Assembly: GCA_977020255.1 (NCBI GenBank)
Contig: CDROCS010003779.1
Location: 248,001-312,000 of the forward strand
Origin: Obrimoposthia wandeli
Lineage: Eukaryota
DNA: 64,000 bases
Reading direction: 5' to 3'
The notes beneath the pieces were generated by a model. That model was not told the DNA's origin. It did not search any database and worked only from the letters and a program-made list of their open reading frames with translations. Below, piece by piece: positions 1 to 11,215 of the stretch (positions within the stretch are counted from its first letter, which is position 1; the number at the start of each line of letters is the position of its first letter). The position numbers and the translations under genes were made by a program.

Positions 1-959
1 GATGAAAGTCGACGGGTGATGGGTGAAAGTCGATGGGTGATGGGTGAAAGTCGACGGGTGTTGGATGGAAACACCCTACGACCACAACCCGCCCCTTAGG
101 GGCGGGCTCTATTCTCACGAAAATAACTACGATGGGTTTTGGGTGAAAGTCGATTGGCGATGGATGAAAGTCGACGGGTGATGGGTGAAAGTCGACGGGT
201 GATGGGTGAAAGTCGATGGGTGATGGGTGAAAGTCGACGGGTGTTGGATGGAAACACCCTACGACCACCACCCGCCCCTTTGGGGCGGGCTCTATTCTCA
301 CGAAAATAACTACAAATACACGCGTTACAGTATCACTTTACCTCTCACAACTACAAATGTAAACGACCCGTGTCATACTCAAGACCCTAACATACACCAC
401 CCTTAATTCTTGATCTACAGGCACGAAAAACATTGGTCAGATCTATATAATTTAGAGGAGCAAATACAAAATACGAGACAAAATTATTTTTCAAAATATT
501 TATTAAACATAAAACAACATATTGGCTTCACTCAAAGTCCAAAGAGGCTGCATTTTCCCGTCATCACCAAAATATCCATTGAGACGTATTGAGATATTCC
601 ATAGTTCTTCATCTAGAATTGGAGCAATCAAATATCCTAGATCATCTTTAAAATCCAGACTGGGATCAGTTTCAAGCTCGAAACAATTTCCTTCATATAC
701 ATAATCAGGAATGTAAAATCCCACAATATTTTTCAATTTATCAAAATCAGATGTTGTTAAAATTTCGATGAGATATTTTTTCTCCACTTTTGATATTTTC
801 ACAGGATTCATAACTCGTATAATTTGATGCCTCTTTAATATATTACATAGTTTTCCTTTTGAAATTCTTTCTGGATAATAAAAATTTGCTACACATCTCT
901 TATCCATTCTAAAATAAGGAAACTGATTAAAAACAATGTTTATAAAAAATACACATAAG
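1..959. repeat. Left terminal inverted repeat of element 1 (21-bp tandem units, GC hairpin modules, one gene)
   Basis: Units GATGGGTGAAAGTCGA(C/T)GGGT; CCCGCCCC-loop-GGGGCGGG hairpins near 88-107 and 270-289; near-identical to the reverse complement of 16518-17470. Confidence 0.9.
503..907 (-). CDS. Conserved viral protein, possibly OB-fold ssDNA-binding (copy 1, inside left TIR)
   Basis: ORF 503-976; likely start MDKRC at 907. Protein is identical to the 16570-16974 copy and paralogous to 1052-1534 (shared NPV.I and W.I.IRL.GY...P.W.L motifs). The SSB call is inference only. Confidence 0.6.
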   Translation of the reverse strand: MDKRCVANFYYPERISKGKLCNILKRHQIIRVMNPVKISKVEKKYLIEILTTSDFDKLKNIVGFYIPDYVYEGNCFELETDPSLDFKDDLGYLIAPILDEELWNISIRLNGYFGDDGKMQPLWTLSEANMLFYV

Positions 960-1051
960 ATACATATAAGATACAAATATTTAAAAAATAAAACTGATTA
1001 TTAAATGAAAGAAACATAGTAAAACCGATTACAATTTATTACACGCAAAAG

Positions 1052-1534
1052 TTAAAACATATAAATATGAACTCGTTCAATTTCCCACATAGGCAACTTT
1101 GTTCCCATTTCATCTTTCTTGTAACCATAAAGTCGAATTGTTACAGTCCATTGCTTCTTTTTCGGAAACGCATCAATATCAACATATCTTCCATAGTCAT
1201 CTAGAAATGCTTCATCGGGTCCTCGGATATAAAATTGGTTCTTATTGAAAGTAAAATTCGGAACTGCCTTTTCTATTTTCTGTTTAAGATATTGAAAATC
1301 TGGTTTTTGAATATTTGATAGATAGTAGCTGAACTTTCTTCTTTCAATTGTCACAGGATTTACTAAAGCAATCAGTTGAGCCTTCTTCAAGAATCTGACT
1401 TTGTATTTGAAATATTGTTTCACTTCTTCATACATATCCTTATCCGATTCTTCAAATATTTCCGACTCTTCGTCACCGCTTAATACCCGTTGGCTATCCT
1501 CCATCGTTGATAATTGTCTTTGATATGAATGCAT
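1052..1534 (-). CDS. Paralog of the TIR gene (putative SSB-like), 160 aa
   Basis: LVNPVTI...WTVTIRLYGY...LPMWEI aligns by eye with VMNPVKI...WNISIRLNGY...QPLWTL. Confidence 0.6.
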   Translation of the reverse strand: MHSYQRQLSTMEDSQRVLSGDEESEIFEESDKDMYEEVKQYFKYKVRFLKKAQLIALVNPVTIERRKFSYYLSNIQKPDFQYLKQKIEKAVPNFTFNKNQFYIRGPDEAFLDDYGRYVDIDAFPKKKQWTVTIRLYGYKKDEMGTKLPMWEIERVHIYMF

Positions 1535-1539
1535 TTACT

Positions 1540-1750
1540 ATGATTTGTCCTCCAACGACGCATTCTTTTATACTAATTTTTAACAAAAACATGAATCTCA
1601 TTGGTTACTATAACAAAAGCATTGAATTTGATTGGACAAAATATATCATCCAATTATAATAGGTTTGCAAGATAATTACAAGAAACGTGCAATAAAAAAG
1701 CAGGTTCAGACATATATAAAGAAGATTTTATAGAATACAATTTTAGTCTA
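1540..1750. promoter_or_regulatory. Putative bidirectional promoter between divergent genes
   Basis: Several CCAAT/ATTGG boxes (about 1600-1655) and TATATAAA at about 1713, ~35 nt before the ATG at 1751. Confidence 0.45.
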
Positions 1751-2251
1751 ATGAAACTCGTAAATATAAATTATAAAGGTAGAACAGAAGATGATGTTTC
1801 TTACTTACCATTCAATGAATGGAAGCCGAGACAATATGTGGAAAGGTTTGACAATTTCACAGTTGTTATTTTTACTACAGGTTAATTTTTTATTTTATTT
1901 TCATATTGAATTCTTTTAGGAAATTGTCGTGTTATGGGATGCAAAATACCAATGCTTGGGTTCAATTTACCATTTGGAATTCAAATCACTGCAATACAAT
2001 CAATCACGATTTCAGCTAATCTTGGGAAACAGATAAATCTTTTTAAAACTGCAGAGAAAATGAAAGAAGAATGCATGTTTGAACCAGAAATATTTCCTGC
2101 TCTCAGTTATTTGAAGTTTAAACCGCTATGTGTGAATATATTTTTCAGTGGTAAAGTTATGATATTGGGATTGAAAAATTTTGATTATCCAAACATTGTT
2201 GATTTGATTTTAGAAAATATATCTTATTACATCTTGTTATCTTTTCTATAA
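1751..2251 (+). CDS. TATA-binding-protein-like protein, 2 exons (1751-1880, 1920-2251), 153 aa
   Basis: IFTTG-NCRVMG, and NLGKQINL...FEPEIFPALSY...VNIFFSGKVMILG match the TBP repeats (YEPELFPGL, IFxSGKV). A 39-nt GT-AG intron at 1881-1919 restores the frame. Confidence 0.8.
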
Positions 2252-2270
2252 ACAAACCCGTTTAAACTTA

Positions 2271-2552
2271 TTGTTTCAAATGAATAATACAATAAATAGA
2301 GACAATGAAGTGGATCGGCTTGCCGACGAAATATTTTCTGGAAAAATTAGGGGTAAAGAAATTTTATCAGAATTAAAAAATAATGATATAACAAGAGATA
2401 ACATTGAAATATTGGTTAGATCACACGTTATTCGAGAATTTAGAAATCGTACACAAATAAATAAAATTATAGCCAAATATTCATTAATTAATTTTTGTAT
2501 TTCATCTACAATAGCTCTAACATTGTACATTTCAATAAGGAAACTTCTATGA
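2271..2552 (+). CDS. Small protein with C-terminal hydrophobic helix (tail-anchored-like)
   Basis: Hydrophobic C-terminus followed by basic residues; homolog at 32890-33156. Confidence 0.6.
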   Translation: MFQMNNTINRDNEVDRLADEIFSGKIRGKEILSELKNNDITRDNIEILVRSHVIREFRNRTQINKIIAKYSLINFCISSTIALTLYISIRKLL

Positions 2553-2590
2553 TAATATAAACAATATTAAAAAATGAAAGAGTATATGCA

Positions 2591-3238
2591 ATGGAGCTAA
2601 ATAATAATACTGTATTTCAAATAGTTGGTCCCAGTGGAAGTGGAAAGACACATTTCGTATGTAAATTGTTGCAAAATGAATCTCTTTTCCAATCTAGTTT
2701 CAAAAATATTTATTGGCATCATGGTGGAGGAGGGGAAAGCGGATTAACCAAAACAGAAGTTTGCACGTTGAAGGGTATAAAATTTATTGAAGGATTTGAT
2801 GCTAATTGGTGTGAAAGATTGAAAAAAGAAGATGTAATAATAATTGATGATTTGTATGAGGAGGCTAACAAGGAATCGGACTTTAATAATTTATTTACAA
2901 AGATTGCAAGACATCGTGAAGTAACAGATATATTTATCACTCAAAATCTGTTTCACCAAGGAGGTCACCATAGAACAAGAAATCTTAATGTACATTACTT
3001 AGTTTTATTTAAAAATCCTAGAGATTAAACATTTGTTGATTTTGTGGCCAGACAGGCATTTCCTCAAAATAAGAACTTTCTAGTTGATTCATTCCACGAT
3101 GCTGCTAAAGAAGCACATGGGTATATATTTATTGACTTTACACAAGCTTGCCCAGATGATTTACGTGTTTTAACAGACATATTTAATTCTAAGGGAGTAA
3201 CTGTTTATAAACAAAAAGAGAACAATTATAAAAAATAA
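2591..3238 (+). pseudogene. FtsK/A32-like packaging ATPase with a premature TAA
   Basis: Walker A GPSGSGKT, Walker B IIIDD, ARH and ITQNLF motifs; the frame continues after the stop at 3026-3028. Confidence 0.9.
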
Positions 3239-3245
3239 ATTCGCA

Positions 3246-3386
3246 ATGCCTTTTACAAAGTTGATAGTAAAACGTAAAGTAAAATCTAAGAAATCAAAAA
3301 AAAGAATCATTAAGAAAAAAGAAGTGAAAAAATTAATCAAATCTGTAGTTAAAAATAAAAAAAAACTTAAATGGCTTCGAATATAA
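3246..3386 (+). CDS. Small Lys-rich basic protein (core-like)
   Basis: MPFTKLIVKRKVKSKKSKKRIIKKKEVKKLIKSVV...; the LIKSV motif is shared with 31968-32210. Confidence 0.45.
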   Translation: MPFTKLIVKRKVKSKKSKKRIIKKKEVKKLIKSVVKNKKKLKWLRI

Positions 3387-3417
3387 ACAATATTTAAATT
3401 GAACCTTTTTTATTAAA

Positions 3418-3747
3418 ATGAAGAAAATACAAAGAAGCATACCCTATTTTAAAGCTTTAGTCAAAGCCTCTTCTAATAAGAGAATGATTATTCTTAAAGC
3501 ATTTCCATCTTTTGTTGTAGATGATTTATTGTAAGTTTTGTATAATATAGTTTTGGGTCGAGTAAATGTTGGAAATCGGAAAAATATATTAAAGAAATAT
3601 AGAAAAACTCTTCTAGATATTGCTAATGTAAATAGTAAAAAAAGGAAACGAAATATTATTCTTAAACAGAATGGTGGTTTCATAGGGGCTGTTATTCCAG
3701 TTGTTGCTTCAATTATCAGTAGTATTATAGCTGCGACACGTTCATAA
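3418..3747 (+). pseudogene. Conserved small Polinton protein with QxGGF motif and amphipathic C-terminus; one internal stop
   Basis: MKKIQRSIPYFKALVKA...LKQNGGFIGAVIPVVAS; intact homolog at 31552-31881. Confidence 0.65.
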
Positions 3748-3779
3748 ACAATTATTTATAAAATCAGTTAAAGATATGG

Positions 3780-4862
3780 GTGCTAACCCTTATTTACCTA
3801 AATTTAAATTATCTTTTTATTCAAATTGTTGTAATGAAGAAGATATGGTTCAACCCAAAAGATCCAATTGGCTACACTGGAGTTTCAAAATTAGCAAAAA
3901 GAACAAAACAAAAATACAAGAAAACGCAGAAATGGCTGAGCGATCAGTTAGCCTACAGTCTGAACAAGCCGATGAGAAGAAGGTTTCCAACTAGAGCTTA
4001 CAAAACCAGCGGTCCTAATAATTTATGGCAAATGGATTTGATGGAGATGATCCCATATTCTTCCATTAATAAAGGATATCGATATATTTTAACATGTATT
4101 GATGTATTTAGCAGGTGTGCTCGTGCAATTCCAGTTAAAGCAAAGTCTTCAATAGCTATGCTTGAAGCCATTAAAGAAATATTAAAAGAGGACATTCCAC
4201 AAAATGTGCAAACTGATTTAGGAAAAGAATTTTATAATAAGCAAGTTCAATCATTATTTAAACAAAATAATATAAATCATTACTCTGTGTTTTCACAATA
4301 CAAAGCAGCAGTAGTAGAAAGATTTAATCGTACTCTAAGAGAACGAATAAAAAAGTATTTCACAAAAGAAGGAAATAAAAAATGGATCCAAGTTTTACCT
4401 AAAATAATACATGCATATAATCACTCTGAACATAGAGGTCTCAAGGGAATGAGACCTGTTGATGTTACTAATAAAAACTCTATGGACATTTGGATGAACA
4501 GGAATAAAAAAGATAAAATTAAAAAAGCTAAATATAAGAAAAACGAATATGTTCGAATTTCGAAAATTAGCTCTACTCCATTTATTAAAAACTTTGATCA
4601 GAATTGGAGCGATGAAATATTTTGTATAAGTAAAATTGATCAAAAGAGTAATCCAATAATGTATACTATTAAAGATGCTGACAATAATATCGTTCACGGT
4701 AAATTTTACGAGCAAGAACTACAAGTAATATCAAATAAACCTAGCGTTTTCCGTATTCAACAAATATTAAAATCTAAGGGTACAGGTAAACAAAAACAAT
4801 ACTTTGTTAAATGGCATGGTTATTCAGATCCAACTTGGATATCAACATCTAATATAATATGA
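3780..4862 (+). CDS. int: Retroviral-like (rve) DDE integrase with C-terminal chromodomain-like region; open frame
   Basis: WQMDL, VQTDLGKEF, VVERFNRTL; C-terminal IQQILKSK...YFVKWHGY. Likely start MKKIWFNP near 3834. Confidence 0.93.
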   Translation: MLTLIYLNLNYLFIQIVVMKKIWFNPKDPIGYTGVSKLAKRTKQKYKKTQKWLSDQLAYSLNKPMRRRFPTRAYKTSGPNNLWQMDLMEMIPYSSINKGYRYILTCIDVFSRCARAIPVKAKSSIAMLEAIKEILKEDIPQNVQTDLGKEFYNKQVQSLFKQNNINHYSVFSQYKAAVVERFNRTLRERIKKYFTKEGNKKWIQVLPKIIHAYNHSEHRGLKGMRPVDVTNKNSMDIWMNRNKKDKIKKAKYKKNEYVRISKISSTPFIKNFDQNWSDEIFCISKIDQKSNPIMYTIKDADNNIVHGKFYEQELQVISNKPSVFRIQQILKSKGTGKQKQYFVKWHGYSDPTWISTSNII

Positions 4863-5917
4863 AGTCTATGTATATGGTTTTACCTAGTAACGGATGTCCG
4901 AAGACTCAACCAGATAATTACGCTAGTAGCTTTATTATCGATTGGGAAAATTCTATAAATCTCCAAGGAGAATGGGAAGCGGCTTTAACCGAATTTTCTT
5001 TTTATTATTCTCCAATTACTATCAGAAAAAACTCACATATTTCGTTTACAAAATAAGTTGATCATGAAAAAACAACTGAAGTTGTGATCGGGTTTGATAG
5101 TAAAGGACAATTATATTACAATTGTATAGATAAAGAAGTGAAAGTAATATTTGAAAATAACAAATTCAGATTTAAAAATCGATTAAAATATCTTCAAGTT
5201 ATTAAAATTAACTTTGAATCTAAAAAAGAAGCTCTTCAATTCAGTTTTGATAGTGAACAAACAGTAGCTCGTAATAAACGGGATATAGTCTCATCTAAAT
5301 CGGTTAGAAATGTTCCTGGTATAGTAGCAAAAGTGTTGTTACTTGAAACGAGACCAAAGACTGTAGTGGAACTGAAAAGGTTTTCAAAAGATTATAAAAT
5401 AGATAGTGAAGTGGATTTATGTAAATTAATACAGAAGGAATGTAGTGAATATTTGGATAAATGTGTAAAATTAAATGGTAAATTAACGTTTACGGTAAAA
5501 AGCAGCATACAAAAGGTTTCCTTTGATGATAAACTCACTAAAAACCTTGATTTAAACGGAAATACCTTTGAAACCCATACAATAAAAACCATAAAAGCTA
5601 AAAATAAGGCAAAACTTTTAAATTTTGGTAATAATTTATATATTTATACTTATTTAATAGAACCAACGCTTGTTGGAGGACAACGAGTTCCACTTTTGAG
5701 AACAATATGGATATCTAAAAATGAAACTAAAGATGGCGACGCTGTCGGTATGTGTATAGACCAACCAATGTATCTTCCAGTTGCTCTCTTTTCTATATAC
5801 AATATTGAAGTAAATATTAGAGATGATTCTGGACAACTAATAGATTTCACGTACGGGGCCAAGACAAGTTTAACAATACATTTAAGAAAACAAAATGACG
5901 AATCCAACAATAATTGA
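4859..5917 (+). pseudogene. Minor capsid (penton) protein with one in-frame stop at 5054-5056
   Basis: N-terminal LPSN...GEWEAALTEF; C-terminal YIYTYLIEPTLVGGQRVPLLRTI...PMYLPV...IEVNIRDDSG. Confidence 0.85.
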
Positions 5918-6272
5918 GGCTTATAGTCAAAGCCAACAAGGTGGAAAATTACCATATTTTGTTAGTAAACAATATGGATCTGGCTGGCTTAAAACATTAG
6001 GTAGATTTGCCTTTCCTCTTTTAGAGAGACTCGGGCAATTTATATCAAAATTAGGAAATTATTACCTTTCATCTAAGGACAATAAACTAATATCAACTTT
6101 TAAGAAGCAAGCACTTAATGAACTTGATAATGTTTTACCTGACGTTGCTAATTTGATTAGAAAACGTAAATCAAATAAAAGCCAAGGAGGTAGTGGATTT
6201 AAACGTAAAAAGAAGCAAAAAATCAATATAAACAAACGTAAGAAAGTTGAAGGAACAATATTTGCAAAATGA
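5895..6272 (+). CDS. Small virion-type protein (QQGGKLPYF...GSGW amphipathic helix, basic tail)
   Basis: Motif typical of the small gene preceding Polinton MCP; homolog at about 28920-29300. Confidence 0.65.
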   Translation: MTNPTIIEAYSQSQQGGKLPYFVSKQYGSGWLKTLGRFAFPLLERLGQFISKLGNYYLSSKDNKLISTFKKQALNELDNVLPDVANLIRKRKSNKSQGGSGFKRKKKQKININKRKKVEGTIFAK

Positions 6273-7381
6273 GTTGCGCCAAAACCGAATTGTGTATTTT
6301 TGATAAACCACTTCCACAAGTAGTTGTAGATAATGCTTCCTTTGAAGAAATATTTCTAGTTAACTCAGTTTCAGGAACCACATTAACCGATTTAGAATTT
6401 ACTTATCATAGTTCCAATAGTAAGTATTGAGATTTGAATGATACTTTGCTTTATGTTCAAATAAAAGTATTAAATCGGGATGGTACTAATTTAGAGGAAG
6501 ATGCCGATGTAAAATCTGTAAATTATCTCTTTAATTCTTTATTTAGTAATGCCATTGTTACTCTTAATAATGTCAAAATTGAAGGTGGAAATTCTTCCTA
6601 TGCTCATAAAGCTTTGATTGAAAGTCTTTTGAGATTGAATTTCTTTGAACAACTGAAATATTTAATTCCCGGTGTTAATGTACATCTTCGTTTGAAACGT
6701 AATAAATGGAATTTTTCTTTGATAAGCACAGACGTTCTAAAACCTATACTTGATATTTTGGATGCAAAATTGTATGTCCGAAGAGTTAAAACGGAGCAAT
6801 CAGTTTTAATGGCACATAATATAGGAATGGAAAAAAACAATGCTTGTTATCCTATAAGAGAAACTAAACTTATATCCTACTCTTTAGGTACGGGTACACA
6901 AGCTTTTAATAAGGATCACATTTTTGGTGATGTAAAATTACCGAAATTCATTTTAATTTCTTTTCCAAAAACTGCAAAGTTTCTAGGAAATTATACGACA
7001 GATGCAACTCAATGTGACAATCTTAATGTAGGTGCAGTGACACTTTCAAGAAATACAGATTATCGTGAAACATATAAAACAGATTTCGAAGGTAACAATT
7101 ATGCTTTGGCTTATACGCAATCTATTATTCGGAATTTGGGCCAACTAGATAAAAATATAAACAATGGTAATTTTTTCACTGAGTTTCAAAACAGCTGCCA
7201 GTTCTTCACATTTGTTTTGGCACCAGACTTTGATATAAACCAATGCCAACTACCAAAGGATGAAAATTTACGTCTAGAAATTAAGTTCAATGCTGCTTTA
7301 ACACATCCTATTACGGTGCTTATTTACGGAGTATTTGAATCGGAAATACAAATCAATAGAAACAGAACTGTCATATTATAG
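6269..7381 (+). pseudogene. Double jelly-roll major capsid protein; premature stop and probable internal deletion
   Basis: MSCAKTELCIFDKPLPQ...LEF...Y*DLNDTLLYV, NYLFNSLFS, LKYLIPGVNVHLRLKR, LRLEIKFNAAL. Only about 370 codons long. Confidence 0.85.
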
Positions 7382-7489
7382 AATGAAGTAAGACATTTTT
7401 TAAATTTATATTTATTAATTTTTATTTAGTTCAGTACAAGTACAAGAATCAGCAGAGAAGGTTCTGGGTGATAAATTCAATGGAGTTAG

Positions 7490-8815
7490 TTTTCCTACAG
7501 GTTAGTTTTTTTTTATTTTCATATGGAATTATTTTAAGAAATTGTCGTGTTATGGGATGCAAAATACCAATGCTCGGGTTCAATTTACCATTTGGAATTC
7601 GAATCACTGCAATACAATCAATTGAAGTTGTGATTGGGTTTGATAGTAAAGGAAAATTCTTTTACAATTGTATAGATAAAGAAGTGAAAGTAATATATGA
7701 AAAAAACAAAGTCAGATTTAAAAATCGATCAAAACATTTTCAACCTATTCAAATTATATTCGAATCTGGAAAAGAAGCTCTTTAATTCGGTTTTGATAGT
7801 GGACATGTAGTAGGTATGAAGAGATCTGATATTGTCTCATCTAAAATGTTTAAAAATGTTCCTAGTAGAGTAGTTGTGTTGTTAGTTGAAACGAGACCAA
7901 AGACTGTAGTGGAACTGAAAATGTTTTCAAAAGATTATAAAATAGATAGTGAAGTGAATTTCTGTAAATTAATACAGAAGGAATGTAGTGAATATTTGGA
8001 TAAATGTGAAACATTAAAAAATGGTAAAATAACGTTTACAGTAATGAGCAATATAAAACGAGTTTCATTTGATGATAAACTCGCTAAAAACCTTGGTTTA
8101 AACAGAAATACCTTTGAAACCAATACAATAAAAACCATAAAAGCTAAAAATATGGCAAAACTTTTAAATGCTGTTAATCATTTATATATTTATACTAATT
8201 TAATAGAACCAACGCTTGTAGGAAGACAGCGTGTTCCACTTTTGAGAACAATATGGATATCTAAAAATGAAACTAGAGATGGGGACGCTGTCGGTATGTG
8301 TATAGATCAACCAATGTATCTTCCAGTTTCTCTCTTTTCTATAAACAATATTGAAGTAAATATTAGAGATGATTCCGGACAACTAATAGATTTCACGTAC
8401 GGGGCCAAGACAAGTTTAACAATACATTTAAGAAAACAAAATGGCGAATCCAGCAATAATTGAAGCTTATAGTCAAAGCCAACAAGGTGGAGAATTACCA
8501 TATTTTGTTGGTAAGCAATATGGATCTGGCTGGCTTAGAACATTAGGTAGATTTGCCTTTCCTCTTTTAAAGAGACTCGGGTGATTTATATCAAAATTAG
8601 GAAAGGATTAGCTTTCATCTAAGGACAACAAACTAATACCAACTTTTAAGAAGCATGCGCTTGATGAACTTGATAATGTTTTACCTGAAGTTTCTAATTT
8701 GATTAGAAAACGTAAATCAAATAAAAGCCAAGGAGGTAGTGAATTTAAAAGTAAAAAGAAGCAAAAAATTAATATAAACAAACGTAAGAAAGTTGAAGGA
8801 ACAATATTTAATATC
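7490..8815 (+). pseudogene. Chimeric diverged duplicate: TBP fragment fused to penton C-terminal part, plus small virion gene
   Basis: 7490-7622 matches about 1873-2003; 7623-8815 matches about 5074-6266 with many substitutions. Confidence 0.85.
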
Positions 8816-8816
8816 T

Positions 8817-10790
8817 AACCCATCTTCTGCTAAAGACTTTACACGAAAGGACTCAAAAACATCAGCTAAAAGATAAATGTCTAATTTCATATAATAAAGC
8901 ATATATTCAAGAAGATTTCGACAATTATTCACCCAAAATGTACGGGCCTCATTATAGTCTTGAAGACTTACACTTTCAAATTCAGTTATGGGTGGGATTT
9001 CTGTAGTATTTTCTAAATCAGCAAAGGTTTTCGCAAATTTATACGGAAAAATCCCCGTATCGTTAACCGAAGCTGGGAACACTAACTGTGTAATTGGCCA
9101 TGCATTTAAAGATGCCGTTAAATTTTTTAAAGACCCGCTCAAAAACTGCAGAGAATCTATGAATCTTAAACTGCAGAATTCAGTATATGCAGTTAAAGAT
9201 AAATATTTCTCTGAAGTTTGAGGTATACATGAAATTTCCCAAGAGCTTAATGTACCCAACGCGTATTTAAGTATATGATGCAAATCATATCCTTTGAGGT
9301 TATGAAACACGATGGGAATGCGTGGTTTTTAGGGAGACGACGGCCAAGGTTACAAAGGTTGCACGCCGCTCCCAAGTATCGCCCCGTAACATGATCGTGA
9401 TCTCTGACTAACTTAGACTGGGTTTCACACAAATAACATAATCTACAAGATTTAAAATTAACCCAGTCTATGCCTGTCATGATCATTGCTTGATGAGCAT
9501 TGAGATCATACCACGGTTTGACAATTGTTGTTCCTAATTCTTCTAATTTTAACATAAAATCTAAAATACAATTTGGACCGGAAAATTTATGATACTGGGT
9601 AATATTGGGGCCTAAGAATAGTAGTCCTGCCGAAGCCGGTAGGTGAATACTCTCATACTGGTCGTGCAATGCTAAAATTGAATCAAAATCTGCATACACC
9701 CTGAATTCCACGGGTATGCATTTTGCCCAATCCCTGAATTTTAAATCCTTATCCTTAGGCATGGTGTAAAACGTATTGTCATCAGGATTCAGTGAACATA
9801 ATGTCAGATGTTTGCTGTCAGAGAGCTCGGATCGGAACCCATGCAAACATCTATGACACCACTTACACCTTATCCTAACCGGTAAGGCTCCATTATCTAA
9901 ATTTAGAAGACGATCTAAATTGGGAATTGCAGCATAATGGAATTTTTTATTATGTTCGAGCAAAATTAAGTTGACCTGAGTCCCCTCATTTTTGCTCCTA
10001 TAAATGACATCTACAAAAGGATTTTTAAAAATTTCTTCATCTTTTACATTAACTGGGATATCAGTATTATATTTGAATACATTAATACTCAAGTTATTAA
10101 GATGTTCAAATCTTGATATCGCAGTTAATTTAACTGGAAAATCTATTCCATGATACTGCAATTCATTTAAAAAAGGGGTATATTTACTGACACGCTCTCT
10201 ATGCTCAGTAATTACATCCCTTTTGAGGATGGCCAACACGCTATACAGAAAGCAAAGGTTATCACTGTTTTGTACGTTAACAATGGAACGTGAAAGTTGA
10301 AGAGATCTAGGTGAAGGAATGTATGAACTCCCCGAAAGATATATCATGTCAGTGAACTTTGTTAGAACAAAGCTAACATCGTGAATTCTAACTAGAGTCC
10401 ATCCACTACTTAACTCGCTATAATTAGCAATTTTTTCAGTTACAAAATTATCATAAAAAACAGTTGCTTTATGTGAAATTACCCAAGTTTAGTTTCCTCA
10501 TTGACATTTTTAAACTGCACTGTTGCGCAAAATTGAACCTTAGCCTGTCCTAATTTAGTCACTTCTGATTTTAAAAGATTTTCAATATTTGAATCTACAC
10601 CTACGTTTAATAAAATTTCATTTCCTAATGGCACCTTAACTATAACATATTTATTATTTAGGTGATACTCTATAGTAGCACCGTTTTTTCTACGTTTTTT
10701 TGGGTGGGACCTTATTAAGAAATTTGCCTCGCCTCTTTCTTCCGTTTGTCGCTGACAAACCTCCCCCTAATTGAACGGGAAGACAACTAT
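8817..10790 (-). pseudogene. polB: Protein-primed PolB, N-terminal and exonuclease part only; frameshifted and truncated
   Basis: SGWTL...GSSYIP, NLCFLYSVL, VYADFDS (Exo I), RDHDHVTG...ACNLCN (EndoVII-like), FHNLKGYD (Exo II), KLDIYLLADVFE (Exo III). No polymerase motifs A-C in this element. Confidence 0.9.
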
Positions 10791-11215
10791 TTATATTAAT
10801 AGTTGAGACAATCGCAGCTGAGTTGAAGGTGCTGCTATTGTTGATGCTGCCGATGTTGAGACAATCGTAGCTGATGTTGAAGGGGCTATTGTAGCAGGTG
10901 CTGCCGATGTTGAGGCAATTACAGCTCGTGTTGTAGGTGAGGCAACTAATGTTGGTTTCGCAGATGATGCGCTTGTAGACGCAATGGTCACTCGATCATC
11001 AGTAGCTGATGTCATTGAAGCGACTGTTGTGGACGTCGATGATGCATGTGCTGAAATTAATATATTAAAAAATAAATATATTTTAAAAAATTACCTCTAA
11101 GGCGTGCTAACATCGATGTAGGCACTCGAGATGGGGGAGGTATAGCTGTCCTATCGGATGACGGCTGTATCATGGTACTTCCTGAATAAAAAATAAAAAA
11201 TATAATTACAATTTA

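Noticed and set aside
1-300. 21-bp and 47-bp repeats as a CRISPR array
   Set aside because: The units are directly adjacent with no unique spacers, there are no cas genes, and the context is eukaryotic.
410-704. Short ORFs antisense to viral and host genes throughout the track (e.g. 410-592, 522-704, 3444-3683, 13742-14059)
   Set aside because: They are shadow frames of better-supported genes and lack motifs.
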